DNA of 64,000 nucleotides from an uncultured Lentisphaerota bacterium (GTDB lineage Bacteria; Verrucomicrobiota; Kiritimatiellia; RFP12; UBA1067): NCBI GenBank assembly GCA_946413265.1, contig CAMKJU010000011.1, positions 340 to 64,339 of the forward strand, read 5' to 3'. Shown piece by piece: positions 1 to 9,161 of this stretch (position 1 is its first letter; each line of letters starts with the position of its first letter). The notes under the pieces were generated by a model. It saw only the letters and a program-made list of their open reading frames with translations, ran no database searches and was not told where the DNA came from. The position numbers and the translations under genes were made by a program.

Positions 1-234
1 GTTTCCCTGGCTGGTTTCGCGGCCGGGCGCATCCTCCGCGAGGAGGCCGTGCTCGCCTACGAGCCGAAGGCGGACGTGGCGCTCCTCTGGCAGGCTGCGC
101 CGTCAGATGCGGACGCCCTTGCCCTACGCGAATTTTTCCGCTCATTCACGGCTTCTTGGGACTGGTGGCGCGCACGCGCGGCCGAGCTTGAAAGCCCACA
201 ACCTTCCTTCCCGGAGGTGATGATTCGGCCATGA
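1..234 (+). CDS. hypothetical protein, 3' end only (gene starts upstream of window)
   Basis: Frame 1 is open from base 1 to the TGA at 232-234. The stop overlaps the sctC ATG (ATGA at 231-234), implying translational coupling to the T3SS string. No recognisable motif. Confidence 0.4.
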   Translation, partial: VSLAGFAAGRILREEAVLAYEPKADVALLWQAAPSDADALALREFFRSFTASWDWWRARAAELESPQPSFPEVMIRP

Positions 235-2030
235 AGCGATTTTTCCTAGCGTTTCTCTTTTTATGCGCGGCGGCGTTCGCCGCGCAGGCGAACACAACCA
301 ACGCGATCCCCTGGCGCGTGGCGAAATACTCGCTTGTCGCGCGCCAGATGGCGTTGCGCGAGGCGTTTGAGACGTTCGGCGTGACCGAGGGACTGAGCGT
401 TGTGATGAGCGAGCGCGTGCAGGGTAGCTTCTCCGGCGACTTCGTGAACATGCCGGCTCAGGAGTTCCTCGAGCGCGTGTGCACGATGCACAACCTGATC
501 TGGTACTACGACGGCGTGGCGCTGTACATCTACTCGTCCGGGGAAGTCCTGAGCCAGCTTGTCGACCTCGCCTACATGAAGGCGGGCGAAGTGCGCACGA
601 TGCTGCGCGAACTCGGCGTGGAGGACAGCCGGTTCCCGATCAAGACGACGAACAACGACGAGCTCATCATGGTGTCCGGCCCGCCGCGCTACGTGGAACT
701 CGTTTTGACGATGATCGAGAAGGCGGACCACCTCAAGGAGCTGCGCACGTTCAACGAGATCGAGACGCGGGTCTTCCCGCTCGTCAACACTTGGGCGGAC
801 GACGTGAGTTTCCGCTCGTCAGACCCGGAGTCCGGCGCTCAGATACGCGGAGTGGCCCAGATACTGCAGGATCTGATGTCTGTCGGACGCACCAGCCAGT
901 CGCGCGACAAGGAGACGAACCGCGCGGACACCGCCGAGGCGAAGCTACATGATTCGATCGGCAGCACAGTGTCGCCCATAATCCGCCCCGACAACCGCCT
1001 GAACGCGGTGATCGTGCGCGACGTGGCGACGCGCATGCCCATGTACGAGCGTCTGATCCGTCAGCTCGACGTGCCGCAGCGCCTTGTTGAGATAGCTGTG
1101 ACGGTGGTGGAGATGACGCGTGACGATGCGCTCGATTGGCAGCTTTCCCTTGCGGTACACGGCGCACATAGCGAGTTCGACGCCGCCGCCGGACAGAACG
1201 CCGGCAACCTCTTCGCCCCGGCCGCCCTCGCGGGACGCGGCCTAGCGGGTGCGCTCACGTACCTCGGCGACCACGTTGACGTGAGCGCATCGCTCTCGGC
1301 GCTCCGCACGAAGGGTAAGGCCCGCAACATCTCCCGTACGTCGATACTCACCACGGACAACCTTGCGGCCGAGATTACGGACATGCAGAGCTACCACGCG
1401 CGCGTGGTCGGCACCGAGGTCGCATCGCTTGAGGAGGTTACCGCAGGCACAAAGCTCTCCATCAAGCCGCGCGTCATGGTCCCCGCCTCGACCAACGAGA
1501 CCTTGCGACTCTGGCTTGCGATGGACCTGCAGGACGGCGGATTCGAGACCGTGAGCGTGGACGCCATGCCGATGACGCGCCAGAGCACGCTCCAGACGCA
1601 GGCCTCCGTGCCGGAAGGCGAGTCGCTCCTGCTTGCGGGGTACTTCCGCGACGTACGCGAGAACGCGGGCTGGGGCATCCCCTGGCTGCGCGACATCCCG
1701 TGGATCGGCTGGCTCTTCGGCGGAGTCTCCGTGCAGAAGGAGACGGTGCAGCGACTCTTCATCATCACTCCGCACGTGGTCACGGTTGGCCCGTCGGCTG
1801 ATATCGCGCGCGTGCAATCCGCCCGCAACCGCGACATCACTTACGAGGAGACGCTATCCCGCGACTCCGACGCCGACGACGAGCAGCGCAAGGAACGCGA
1901 GGCGCGTCTGGAGGAGCAGGACGAGATCCGCACCGAGCAGCACGAGGAGCGCATGGAGAAATTCAAGAAGGAAGCCGAGGCCCGGCGCGAGGAACGCAAG
2001 CGGGAACGGGAGGCCCGCAAAAACAAGTAG
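231..2030 (+). CDS. sctC: type III secretion outer-membrane secretin SctC (YscC/InvG/HrcC family)
   Basis: 599 aa with signal peptide MKRFFLAFLFLCAAAFAAQA. N-terminal YscC-like block (LIWYYDGVALYIYS, MVSGPPRYVELV). Secretin core (RLVEIAVTVVEMTRDDALDWQLSL, GIPWLRDIPWIGWLFG). Unusual ~65-aa K/E/R-rich C-terminal tail. Confidence 0.9.
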   Translation: MKRFFLAFLFLCAAAFAAQANTTNAIPWRVAKYSLVARQMALREAFETFGVTEGLSVVMSERVQGSFSGDFVNMPAQEFLERVCTMHNLIWYYDGVALYIYSSGEVLSQLVDLAYMKAGEVRTMLRELGVEDSRFPIKTTNNDELIMVSGPPRYVELVLTMIEKADHLKELRTFNEIETRVFPLVNTWADDVSFRSSDPESGAQIRGVAQILQDLMSVGRTSQSRDKETNRADTAEAKLHDSIGSTVSPIIRPDNRLNAVIVRDVATRMPMYERLIRQLDVPQRLVEIAVTVVEMTRDDALDWQLSLAVHGAHSEFDAAAGQNAGNLFAPAALAGRGLAGALTYLGDHVDVSASLSALRTKGKARNISRTSILTTDNLAAEITDMQSYHARVVGTEVASLEEVTAGTKLSIKPRVMVPASTNETLRLWLAMDLQDGGFETVSVDAMPMTRQSTLQTQASVPEGESLLLAGYFRDVRENAGWGIPWLRDIPWIGWLFGGVSVQKETVQRLFIITPHVVTVGPSADIARVQSARNRDITYEETLSRDSDADDEQRKEREARLEEQDEIRTEQHEERMEKFKKEAEARREERKREREARKNK

Positions 2031-2033
2031 GCA

Positions 2034-3215
2034 ATGCAGCTTGACGCCGCCCAGATTCTTCGCCAGTCGATCGCGTCGACGACCTTCGACGCGACCGCGT
2101 CGGTAGCGAAGGGAACCACCCCGGCAGTAGAGTCGGGCGTGGCGATGGGCTTTGGCGTGCAGGTGATGTCGGATCCCACGGCTGAGCTGATGGACTCCAT
2201 GGAGGAGCTGTCCTTCCAGTTCGAGGAGAAGGAGGCGAAGGAGATATCCGAGCGCAAGCTCGGCGACGCGAGGCGCGTGCCGAACGCGCAGATCGAGGCC
2301 ATCCAGTCGTGGATGAAGATGATGCCGGACATGCCCGGCGCGGACTTCATCCGCCGCATGCTGCGTCTCCTCCGCGCGGCGCAGCCGCCGCCCGGCGCAG
2401 AGCAGCTGCTGAAGATGCTCGGCGAGGGATCCGGCGACCCGTCCCACCAGTTCGCGATGCTCGACTGCCTCGAGAAATCCCTTGCGGAGGGCGAGGCGGA
2501 GCTGCGTCAGGCCGTGCAGGACGCGAAGGCGCAGCTTGAGCGCACCAAGGGGCCGGAGATGCGCGCGGGCATCAACGTGGCCGAGGAGATCAACAAGCGC
2601 GTCTCGACGCCAGAGGAGATGCGCGACCTACGCGAGTTGTACCGTGGCGAGGTCGTCGGCTTCTCGTCGCCGCAGCACTGCTTTCGCTCCCTGCTCGCAT
2701 CTCGCGGCGCGGGCCACATCGCGGAGGCGCTCGAGTTCCTCATCTCGGCGGCGGGCGTGGACCTTCAGGCCGCAAATCCGTCGCAGTCCGCCGAGCAGCT
2801 GCGCAGCATAATATCCGACCTCCAATGCGTTGAGGTGCTCCGCACGGTGATGGACCGGCTCGACCGGCTTGTGGCGCGTCTCCTCAACCAGTTCGGGGAG
2901 CGGAGTCTTCTCGACGGCGAGAAGCTCACGGGCCGCGTGGTGGACCTCACCGAGCAGCCGTTCGTGTCGTCCGCGCAGGTGGGCGGCATCATGACATCGT
3001 GCGGCATCCGCGCGCTGCTTGCGCAGATGGACTTCGCGCGCGAGATGCTGGCCGTGTTCCGCGAACTGTCGCCGCGCCTGTTCGCGGAGGCGGCGGACCG
3101 CTTCAAGCTCACTGCGGCCGCGCAGGAGCTGTTGGAGGAGACGACGGACCGTCTCGCCGAGGAGGAGGAGAAAGAGGCCGAGAAGCGGCGCAGGGAGGAG
3201 AGGCGTCAGAAATGA
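2034..3215 (+). CDS. sctW: type III secretion gatekeeper SctW (YopN/InvE/HrpJ family, TyeA-like C-terminal part fused)
   Basis: 393 aa with an HrpJ/YopN-like pattern (EELSFQFEEKEAKEISERK, PSHQFAMLDCLEKSL, LEFLISAAGVDL). It is followed by a chaperone gene and sctV, as in yopN-tyeA-sycN-yscX-yscY-lcrD. Confidence 0.7.
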   Translation: MQLDAAQILRQSIASTTFDATASVAKGTTPAVESGVAMGFGVQVMSDPTAELMDSMEELSFQFEEKEAKEISERKLGDARRVPNAQIEAIQSWMKMMPDMPGADFIRRMLRLLRAAQPPPGAEQLLKMLGEGSGDPSHQFAMLDCLEKSLAEGEAELRQAVQDAKAQLERTKGPEMRAGINVAEEINKRVSTPEEMRDLRELYRGEVVGFSSPQHCFRSLLASRGAGHIAEALEFLISAAGVDLQAANPSQSAEQLRSIISDLQCVEVLRTVMDRLDRLVARLLNQFGERSLLDGEKLTGRVVDLTEQPFVSSAQVGGIMTSCGIRALLAQMDFAREMLAVFRELSPRLFAEAADRFKLTAAAQELLEETTDRLAEEEEKEAEKRRREERRQK

Positions 3216-3601
3216 GGGCTTCTTGGATAGACAGCGCCGTCGAGGAGTTCGGCCGCCACTTCGGTTTTGCGCACTTCGCGCTGAACGAGCGCGGCGTTGC
3301 TGTCGCGCGCTTCGAGAACGGGGCGTCAGTGGCAGTCGAGTATGCGCGCGAGTCGCTGTGCCTTCAGGTGCGCGTGCCGATGGCGGCGGACGGCGCGTCC
3401 GTGCGCAAGCTTCTCGTCGCGGCGCATCCCGGCAACAGGTTCCCGTTCCCGCTCCGCACCGCCTACCTCGCGTCGGCGGGGCAGGCGATATTCCTCGTGA
3501 GGTTCCCGGAGCGCGACGTGACGGAGACGGCGCTTTGGCAGGTGTTTTCGGAAATGTGGGCGCTCGCGAAGCGCTTTGGAGGCGACGCCACATGGAATTG
3601 A
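3212..3601 (+). CDS. class I type III secretion chaperone (CesT/SycN-like)
   Basis: 129 aa; the ATG overlaps the sctW stop (ATGA). Sequence pattern WIDSAVEEFGRHFGFAHFALNERGVAVARFENGASVAVEY...AIFLVRFPERDVTETALWQVFSEMW is typical of CesT-fold chaperones. It occupies the sycN position. Confidence 0.55.
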   Translation: MRASWIDSAVEEFGRHFGFAHFALNERGVAVARFENGASVAVEYARESLCLQVRVPMAADGASVRKLLVAAHPGNRFPFPLRTAYLASAGQAIFLVRFPERDVTETALWQVFSEMWALAKRFGGDATWN

Positions 3602-3975
3602 ACCGGGTGACAAGCGGAGTCCGTTTCGACACGGGCATATCGACCGCGGACTGGACGCGCGGGACGGTGGGGCAGACGCCCGGCCAGACGCAGGGGCCGC
3701 TCCTCCCCGGCTCGACGACGGTCTCCGAGACGCTGAAGTCGCTTTTCCCCACGGGCGCCTCGGTGGGCGCCGAGATAATGAACGCGCTGGCGGCTGCGGG
3801 CGGCTCGCCCTTACTCCGCACGGCGCACGGCTTCCGTTCGGCGGCGGTGAGGACGATCCGCACGCTCCGCGGGAGGAAGGGAGCCAAGGCGGACGCGGCG
3901 GCGCGGGAGCTGGAGAACCTGCTGGCGGATACGGAGCTACTGGACCACTACCGGGCGGCGCTCCTGGAAACATGA
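3592..3975 (+). CDS. small T3SS-associated protein (occupies the yscX position; function unproven)
   Basis: 127 aa; ATG at 3592 overlaps the chaperone gene by 10 nt. It lies directly upstream of sctV. The assignment is by size and synteny only. Confidence 0.3.
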   Translation: MELNRVTSGVRFDTGISTADWTRGTVGQTPGQTQGPLLPGSTTVSETLKSLFPTGASVGAEIMNALAAAGGSPLLRTAHGFRSAAVRTIRTLRGRKGAKADAAARELENLLADTELLDHYRAALLET

Positions 3976-3993
3976 TGAACTGAGGACTGCGAC

Positions 3994-6093
3994 TTGAGCA
4001 AGGACTGGACAGGATTTGCGAACGTTTTCAGCAAGTACGGCGATCTCGTGCTTGCGTTCCTCGTCGTCGCGATCATCGGCCTCTTGATCATCCCGCTTCC
4101 AACGCCGGTGGTGGACCTCCTGATCTCCATCAACCTGACGATATCGACGGTGATGCTGATGCTCTCGCTCTACCTGCCGAGGGCGCTCGCGTTCTCCACG
4201 TTCCCGTCGATGCTGCTGTTCACCACTTTGTACCGCCTCGCGTTGAACGTCACCACCACGCGACTCATCCTCCTCAAGGCGAACGCCGGCGAGATCATCT
4301 ACACGTTCGGCAACTTCGTGGTGGGCGGTAACTTCGTGGTTGGCGCGGTGATCTTCCTCATCATCACGATCGTGCAGTTCGTCGTGATCGCGAAGGGCTC
4401 GGAGCGCGTGTCTGAAGTCGCCGCGCGCTTCACGCTGGACGCGATGCCCGGCAAGCAGATGTCCATCGACGCCGACATGCGCGCGGGCGCCATCGACCTG
4501 AACGAGGCCCGCCAGCGCCGTGCCGAGCTCGCGAAGGAGTCGCAGCTCTACGGCGCAATGGACGGCGCGATGAAGTTCGTGAAGGGCGACTCCATCGCCG
4601 GACTCATCATGACGTCCATCAACATCGTGGGCGGCATCTGCGTGGGCGTGTTCATGAACGGCAAGGACGTGGGCTGGGCCGTGACCAAGTACGGCATCCT
4701 CACGATTGGCGACGGACTCGTCTCGCAGATTCCCGCGCTGCTCGTGTCCATCACCGCCGGCGTGATCGTGACGCGTGTGGGCGACGAGGGTGCGAAGCCC
4801 CTCGGCCAGGACATCGTCAACCAGTTCTTCGCCCAGCCGAAGGCCATCCTCCTCGGCGCGCTCATGCTCGTGGCGATCGGTCTCATCCCGGGGTTCCCGA
4901 AGCTCCAGATTTTCGGACTGGCTGCGGCCGTGGGAATCGTGGGGTACGCGCTCGTCTCGCGCATGAAGAAGCGCAAGGCGCAGGAGGCGGCCGCGGAGGA
5001 TCCGCTTACGGCGGCGCAGCCGTCCGGCGAGGAGGGTAAGCCGAAGAAGCCGAAGAAGGGCGGCGACGACTTCGCGATGGTCACGCCACTCATGGTGGAC
5101 ATCGACGCCTCCATCCGCTCGGCGCTCACCTACGAGGAGCTGAACGACCAGATCATCGGCGTGCGTCGAGCACTCTACCACGACCTCGGCGTGCCGTTCC
5201 CCGGCATCAACCTGAGCCTCAACGAGACGGTGAAGGACGGCAAGTACCGCATACTCGTGAACGAGGTGCCGGTCTCGGAGGGCGTGCTGAACCGTGGGCA
5301 CCTCCTCGCGCTCGAGACGCCGGAGAACCTCTCCGCCGCCGGAATTCCGTTTACGGAGGGGAAGCGCTTCCTCGCGGACTACGCGACGTGTTGGGTGGAG
5401 GAGTCGCGGAAGGCGGACCTCGACGCGGGCTGCATCCGCTACCTCGACATCAACGGCGTGCTTTCGTACCACCTGTCGGGCGTCCTAAAGCGCTACGCCC
5501 ACGAGTTCCTCTCGATCCAGGAGACGCGTCTCCTCTTCGACCACATGGAGAAGGAGGCACCGGAACTTGTGCGCGAGGTGCTGCGCGTGCTGCCGCTCCA
5601 GAAGATCACCGATGTGCTGCAGCGTCTCGTGCAGGAGGGCATCTGCATCCGCGACCTCAAGCAGATTACCCAGACGCTCATCGAGTGGGGGCAGAAGGAG
5701 AAGGACACTGTCCTGCTCGTCGAGTACGTGCGCAGCGCTCTCAGCCGCTACATCTCCTACAAGTTCAGCGGCGGGCAGAACATCATCGCCGCCTACCTGC
5801 TGGATCCGTCGCTGGAGGAGATGGTACGCAAGAGCGTGCGCCAGACCTCCGCGGGCAGCTACCTCGCGATGGATCCGCAGAACGTGCGCAAGATCATCGG
5901 CACGGTCAAATCGACTATCGGCGACCTCGCCAACATCCCGCAGAAACCCGTGCTGATTGTCTCGGTGGACATCCGCCGCTACTTCCGCAAGATGATCGAG
6001 CGCGAGTACTACGAACTGCCGGTGCTCTCCTTCCAGGAGCTGAGCAGCGAGATCAACATCCAGCCCCTGGGCCGTCTGAAACTGAAGGGCTAA
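3994..6093 (+). CDS. sctV: type III secretion export gate SctV (LcrD/InvA/FlhA, FHIPEP family)
   Basis: 699 aa, TTG start. Multi-TM N-domain with FPSMLLFTTLYRLALNVTTTRLIL, KFVKGDSIAGLI and GDGLVSQIPALLVSITAGVIVTR. Charged linker and a large cytoplasmic C-domain. Confidence 0.95.
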   Translation: MSKDWTGFANVFSKYGDLVLAFLVVAIIGLLIIPLPTPVVDLLISINLTISTVMLMLSLYLPRALAFSTFPSMLLFTTLYRLALNVTTTRLILLKANAGEIIYTFGNFVVGGNFVVGAVIFLIITIVQFVVIAKGSERVSEVAARFTLDAMPGKQMSIDADMRAGAIDLNEARQRRAELAKESQLYGAMDGAMKFVKGDSIAGLIMTSINIVGGICVGVFMNGKDVGWAVTKYGILTIGDGLVSQIPALLVSITAGVIVTRVGDEGAKPLGQDIVNQFFAQPKAILLGALMLVAIGLIPGFPKLQIFGLAAAVGIVGYALVSRMKKRKAQEAAAEDPLTAAQPSGEEGKPKKPKKGGDDFAMVTPLMVDIDASIRSALTYEELNDQIIGVRRALYHDLGVPFPGINLSLNETVKDGKYRILVNEVPVSEGVLNRGHLLALETPENLSAAGIPFTEGKRFLADYATCWVEESRKADLDAGCIRYLDINGVLSYHLSGVLKRYAHEFLSIQETRLLFDHMEKEAPELVREVLRVLPLQKITDVLQRLVQEGICIRDLKQITQTLIEWGQKEKDTVLLVEYVRSALSRYISYKFSGGQNIIAAYLLDPSLEEMVRKSVRQTSAGSYLAMDPQNVRKIIGTVKSTIGDLANIPQKPVLIVSVDIRRYFRKMIEREYYELPVLSFQELSSEINIQPLGRLKLKG

Positions 6094-6096
6094 CAC

Positions 6097-7356
6097 GTGA
6101 ACTATCTGCTCAAAATCGTCCAGGGGGCCAATGCGGGCGCGGAAATCGCGCTCGCCGATGGGACTGTGACCTTCGGCTCGTCCGACTCCTGCGACATCGT
6201 GCTTGCCGACTCGTCCCTGGCAGCAGAGGCATTTGCCATCGAGACGACGGATACTGGCGTGAGCCTCAAGGCGCTGCCGGACGGCGAGGCCAAGAAAATC
6301 GACCTCTACACGCTCTTCTCGTTTGGAAACTCGTCCTTCGCCGTCGGCGAGAACGGTGCCGCCTGGCCCGAACTGAAGTCGCCAGAGCCGCCTCCGCCGC
6401 CAGAACAGCCTGCGGCGGACACGGAGACGGACAGTTCAGCTTCTACGCCGCCGTCCTCGTCGGATACGCCGCCTTCAACAGACGGGGGGCCGCGTCCAGA
6501 TACGGAAGAGCCGCGTCCAACCGAGGGGAAACGCTCGTCGAGGCGGAGCTGCCTTGGGTGCCTGCTCGTGCTTTTGCTCCTGCTCGTGTTTTTCGCAATT
6601 GGGTATTTCCTGGCGCTACGGTACGGGCGGGTATGGGAATCCGTGCCTTTTGTCCGCGCGGAACTTGACACCCCTGCGGCTGAGAAAGATACCCCCGCAG
6701 CAGAGAGTGAACCTCCCGCCGACACCCTTGCTGCATGGGCTGCAACGAACGGAGTTGCCGTGTCGGAGAAGGACGGCGAGACCGTGCTTTACGGCAATTT
6801 TGCGAAGCGCGCGGACCGGCTCAACTTCGCGCAGGATGCATACGAGCGCGACGCGAACCTGATACTCGACCTTTCCGACGACGAGACGCTGAAGGCGGGC
6901 GTTGAGGAGGTGCTGTTCGTCATTACCGAGGGACGCACGAAGTTGGAGGTGGCGACTAACCGCGTGGTCAAGTTAGCAGGACGCGCACGTTCGCGTGACG
7001 AGCTGCTCCAGACCGTTGCAACGATCTGCACGGACGTAAACCGTGTGCGGGTGGTGGACGACACGGCGGTAGTGTGCGACGACGGGAAGCGGACGGACGC
7101 TCCCACTCGCTACCAGGCGCTTTCATCGCAGGCCGCGCGCAAGCATCCGTTTGTCACGCCGGCCCCGAAGCCGGGCATGCCGGAGCCGAAGTGCCCCGTG
7201 GCAGGCGTGATTCTCATGCCGTATCCGTGTCTTGTGCTGCGCGACGGCTCGCGCGCGGCGGAAGGGTCGATGGTCGGAGAGTTCAAGGTGGAGAAGATCG
7301 AGGCGGACAAGGTGACGCTGAAACGAGGAGAGGAGACGGTCACATGGAAGCCATGA
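6097..7356 (+). CDS. sctD: type III secretion inner-membrane ring protein SctD (YscD/PrgH-like, FHA N-domain)
   Basis: 419 aa, GTG start. FHA-like N-terminus (LKIVQGANAGAEIALADGTVTFGSSDSCDIVLAD). P/S/T-rich linker, single TM (CLGCLLVLLLLLVFFAIGYFLAL) and a periplasmic domain. It sits before the yscE/F/G-like genes. Confidence 0.7.
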   Translation: MNYLLKIVQGANAGAEIALADGTVTFGSSDSCDIVLADSSLAAEAFAIETTDTGVSLKALPDGEAKKIDLYTLFSFGNSSFAVGENGAAWPELKSPEPPPPPEQPAADTETDSSASTPPSSSDTPPSTDGGPRPDTEEPRPTEGKRSSRRSCLGCLLVLLLLLVFFAIGYFLALRYGRVWESVPFVRAELDTPAAEKDTPAAESEPPADTLAAWAATNGVAVSEKDGETVLYGNFAKRADRLNFAQDAYERDANLILDLSDDETLKAGVEEVLFVITEGRTKLEVATNRVVKLAGRARSRDELLQTVATICTDVNRVRVVDDTAVVCDDGKRTDAPTRYQALSSQAARKHPFVTPAPKPGMPEPKCPVAGVILMPYPCLVLRDGSRAAEGSMVGEFKVEKIEADKVTLKRGEETVTWKP

Positions 7357-7583
7357 ACAGTGAATCGCCGATCCGCCTCTTGGAAATAGAGAAGGAACTG
7401 GCCGGACCTGACGCCGCCGAGGCGCTCCGCCGTTACGATGCCGTGTTGGCGGGACTTAATGCACGGCTTGCGGAGGCCCTTGCGCGCGGCCTGCCGCCGG
7501 AGGAATACGAGAGGTGCGCGCGCCTAAATGAGGCGAACGTCCTGGCGCGGAAGGTCCTGCGCCTGGTGGCGGCGAAAGGATAG
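7344..7583 (+). CDS. YscE/PscE-like needle co-chaperone (putative)
   Basis: About 77-80 aa helical hairpin. ARGLPPEEYERCARLNEANVLARKVL resembles YscE ...RGGDAKQYQVWQRESKALESAIAII. It lies immediately 5' of the needle gene. The start is 7344 or 7353 (ATGA overlap with the sctD stop). Confidence 0.4.
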   Translation: MEAMNSESPIRLLEIEKELAGPDAAEALRRYDAVLAGLNARLAEALARGLPPEEYERCARLNEANVLARKVLRLVAAKG

Positions 7584-7646
7584 AATCTCATCTTCTGTGG
7601 CCGAGCGGCCGCAGCAGTCAAACCAACCAACAGAAAGGAAACTAAC

Positions 7647-7973
7647 ATGGCAGGAACATACGCGGGTGCAACGCACACAGTGGGTCTGTGTGAGGTTGTG
7701 GACAACCAGATGACAATCAAGCGCGTTGACAGCAGCACGCCCTGGGTCATCCACCTCGACAACGTCTACAACGCGCTCTTCAACGCGGTGGAGACGCTTG
7801 AGAACCGTCTGGCTACGTCGCTCAAGACGTATCAGGAACATCCGGATGTGCAGGCGAACCTCCAGCAGCTGCAGTACGACCTGCAGCAGTGGAACCTCTG
7901 CCTCACCACGATGACGAACATCCAGAAGAACATGGCGGACGCATTGTCGTCCATCGCTTCGAACATGCGCTGA
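7647..7973 (+). CDS. sctF: type III secretion needle filament protein SctF (YscF/PrgI/MxiH family)
   Basis: 108 aa. The C-terminal half LKTYQEHPDVQANLQQLQYDLQQWNLCLTTMTNIQKNMADALSSIASNMR parallels YscF ...DKPDNPALLADLQHSINKWSVIYNINSTIVRSMKDLMQGILQKF. A purine-rich RBS (AAAGGA) lies upstream. It is preceded by the only sizeable gap (63 nt) in the locus. Confidence 0.7.
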   Translation: MAGTYAGATHTVGLCEVVDNQMTIKRVDSSTPWVIHLDNVYNALFNAVETLENRLATSLKTYQEHPDVQANLQQLQYDLQQWNLCLTTMTNIQKNMADALSSIASNMR

Positions 7974-7978
7974 GCGCG

Positions 7979-8356
7979 ATGGCCGAAGAAGCGTTTGATC
8001 TGCGGCCCGACGAAGCCCGGCTCCTCCTCAACGTTGCCCTCATGGCGACGGGGAAGAACTTTTTCAAGAGCGCGACGAAGATCCTCGCCGCACTTGAGAA
8101 GTTTCGTCCTGAGGAGGTGTCCGTGGGAACGGCGAAGGTCGTACTGATGATCAGCCTCGGCGAATTCGAGCTGGCGGTCGGCTACATCGACCGTGAGGCG
8201 CTCGTCAAGTGGCCGAACTCGGCGATGCTGCGGGCATTCCGCGGCATGGCGCTGATCCGGATGGGGCGTAAGGACGAAGCGAGGGAATGTCTAGTCGAGG
8301 CGGCGCAGTCGGAAGACGAGGCCGCTGCAAACCTCGCTCGCGGTTTGTTGGAATGA
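7979..8356 (+). CDS. YscG/PscG-like TPR needle chaperone (putative)
   Basis: 125 aa all-helical, TPR-like (LLLNVALMATGKNFFKSATKILAALEKFRPEE, MLRAFRGMALIRMGRKDEARECL). It directly follows sctF, as yscG does. Confidence 0.45.
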   Translation: MAEEAFDLRPDEARLLLNVALMATGKNFFKSATKILAALEKFRPEEVSVGTAKVVLMISLGEFELAVGYIDREALVKWPNSAMLRAFRGMALIRMGRKDEARECLVEAAQSEDEAAANLARGLLE

Positions 8357-8369
8357 AGGAGAGCAAGAA

Positions 8370-8759
8370 GTGCTAGAAGCAGCAGCAATAGAGGCCGTGC
8401 GGGCCGCGCAGGCACCGCAGAGCGTCGCGTACCTGAACGAACAGCTGGCAACGAACAAGGTTGCGGACGCGGATGCAGTGAAGGCCTTCCAGGCGGCGAT
8501 GGGCGTTGGCGGGCCGGACCCTATTCCGTTCGCGCAGCAGATCGGCGACACGTGGCGCGTGGCGCAGGACATGAACCAGGGCATCATGCATCGGATTCAC
8601 GCCTTGTCGCAGGCGAAGCAGCTTGGCAATACGCCAAGCGTGCTGCAGATGACCGAACTGCAGTATGAGGTGGCGAACCTCAGCTTCCAGCAGGAAGTCG
8701 TGACGAGCATCGCGAAGAAGGCGAGCAACGCGGTTGAGACGCTGGTGAAGAACGGCTAA
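8370..8759 (+). CDS. sctI: type III secretion inner rod protein SctI (YscI/PrgJ/EscI family)
   Basis: 129 aa, GTG start. The C-terminus LQMTELQYEVANLSFQQEVVTSIAKKASNAVETLVKNG has the inner-rod helix pattern. Its position is between the needle genes and sctJ. Confidence 0.55.
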   Translation: MLEAAAIEAVRAAQAPQSVAYLNEQLATNKVADADAVKAFQAAMGVGGPDPIPFAQQIGDTWRVAQDMNQGIMHRIHALSQAKQLGNTPSVLQMTELQYEVANLSFQQEVVTSIAKKASNAVETLVKNG

Positions 8760-8781
8760 TGGAGCAAGGCGGGCGTTTACG

Positions 8782-9129
8782 GTGGAAGCGGAAGAGAGAC
8801 AGCTGATGCTCACGACTGCGTGGCTTTTCGCCCGGCACGGGCAGGGGCCGCGCGCGCGCGTGTTGTTGGAAGCCGTCGTGGAGGAGGACCCGCGCGACGG
8901 CGTGTCTGCCGCAATGCTGGCCGATCTCCTGCTGGCCGAGCACCAGCCCGCCGCCGCGCTCGACGCCGTGCGGTCCGCAGAGTTCCCGCAGAACCTGCGC
9001 CGCGCCGAGGCGCTTCTCGAGACGCGAGCGCTACGGATGCTCGGGAAGGATTCCGAGGCTGGTGCCCGTTGGTCGCGATTCGTGAAGTCCTCCGCCGGAT
9101 CCAACCGCGAATGGGTCGTGGGAGGTTAA
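8782..9129 (+). CDS. small helical/TPR-like protein, possible T3SS chaperone (YscY-like size and class)
   Basis: 115 aa, GTG start. ARVLLEAVVEEDPRDGVSAAMLADLLLAEHQPAAALDAV. The assignment rests on context only. Confidence 0.3.
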   Translation: MEAEERQLMLTTAWLFARHGQGPRARVLLEAVVEEDPRDGVSAAMLADLLLAEHQPAAALDAVRSAEFPQNLRRAEALLETRALRMLGKDSEAGARWSRFVKSSAGSNREWVVGG

Positions 9130-9161
9130 CCTTAAATAGAGTAAACGAAGGGATTAAAGAG

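Noticed and set aside
3937..5472. 511-aa ORF on the - strand
   Set aside because: It is antisense to sctV. It has a His/Arg/Glu/Val-rich composition with no motifs, and it would break the co-directional T3SS string.
7595..7614. Small GC hairpin (ctgtggccg-ag-cggccgcag) between the yscE-like gene and sctF as an attenuator or terminator
   Set aside because: The loop is too small and no T-run follows. It may merely be a local palindrome containing a NotI-like GCGGCCGC site. The evidence is insufficient to call it regulatory.
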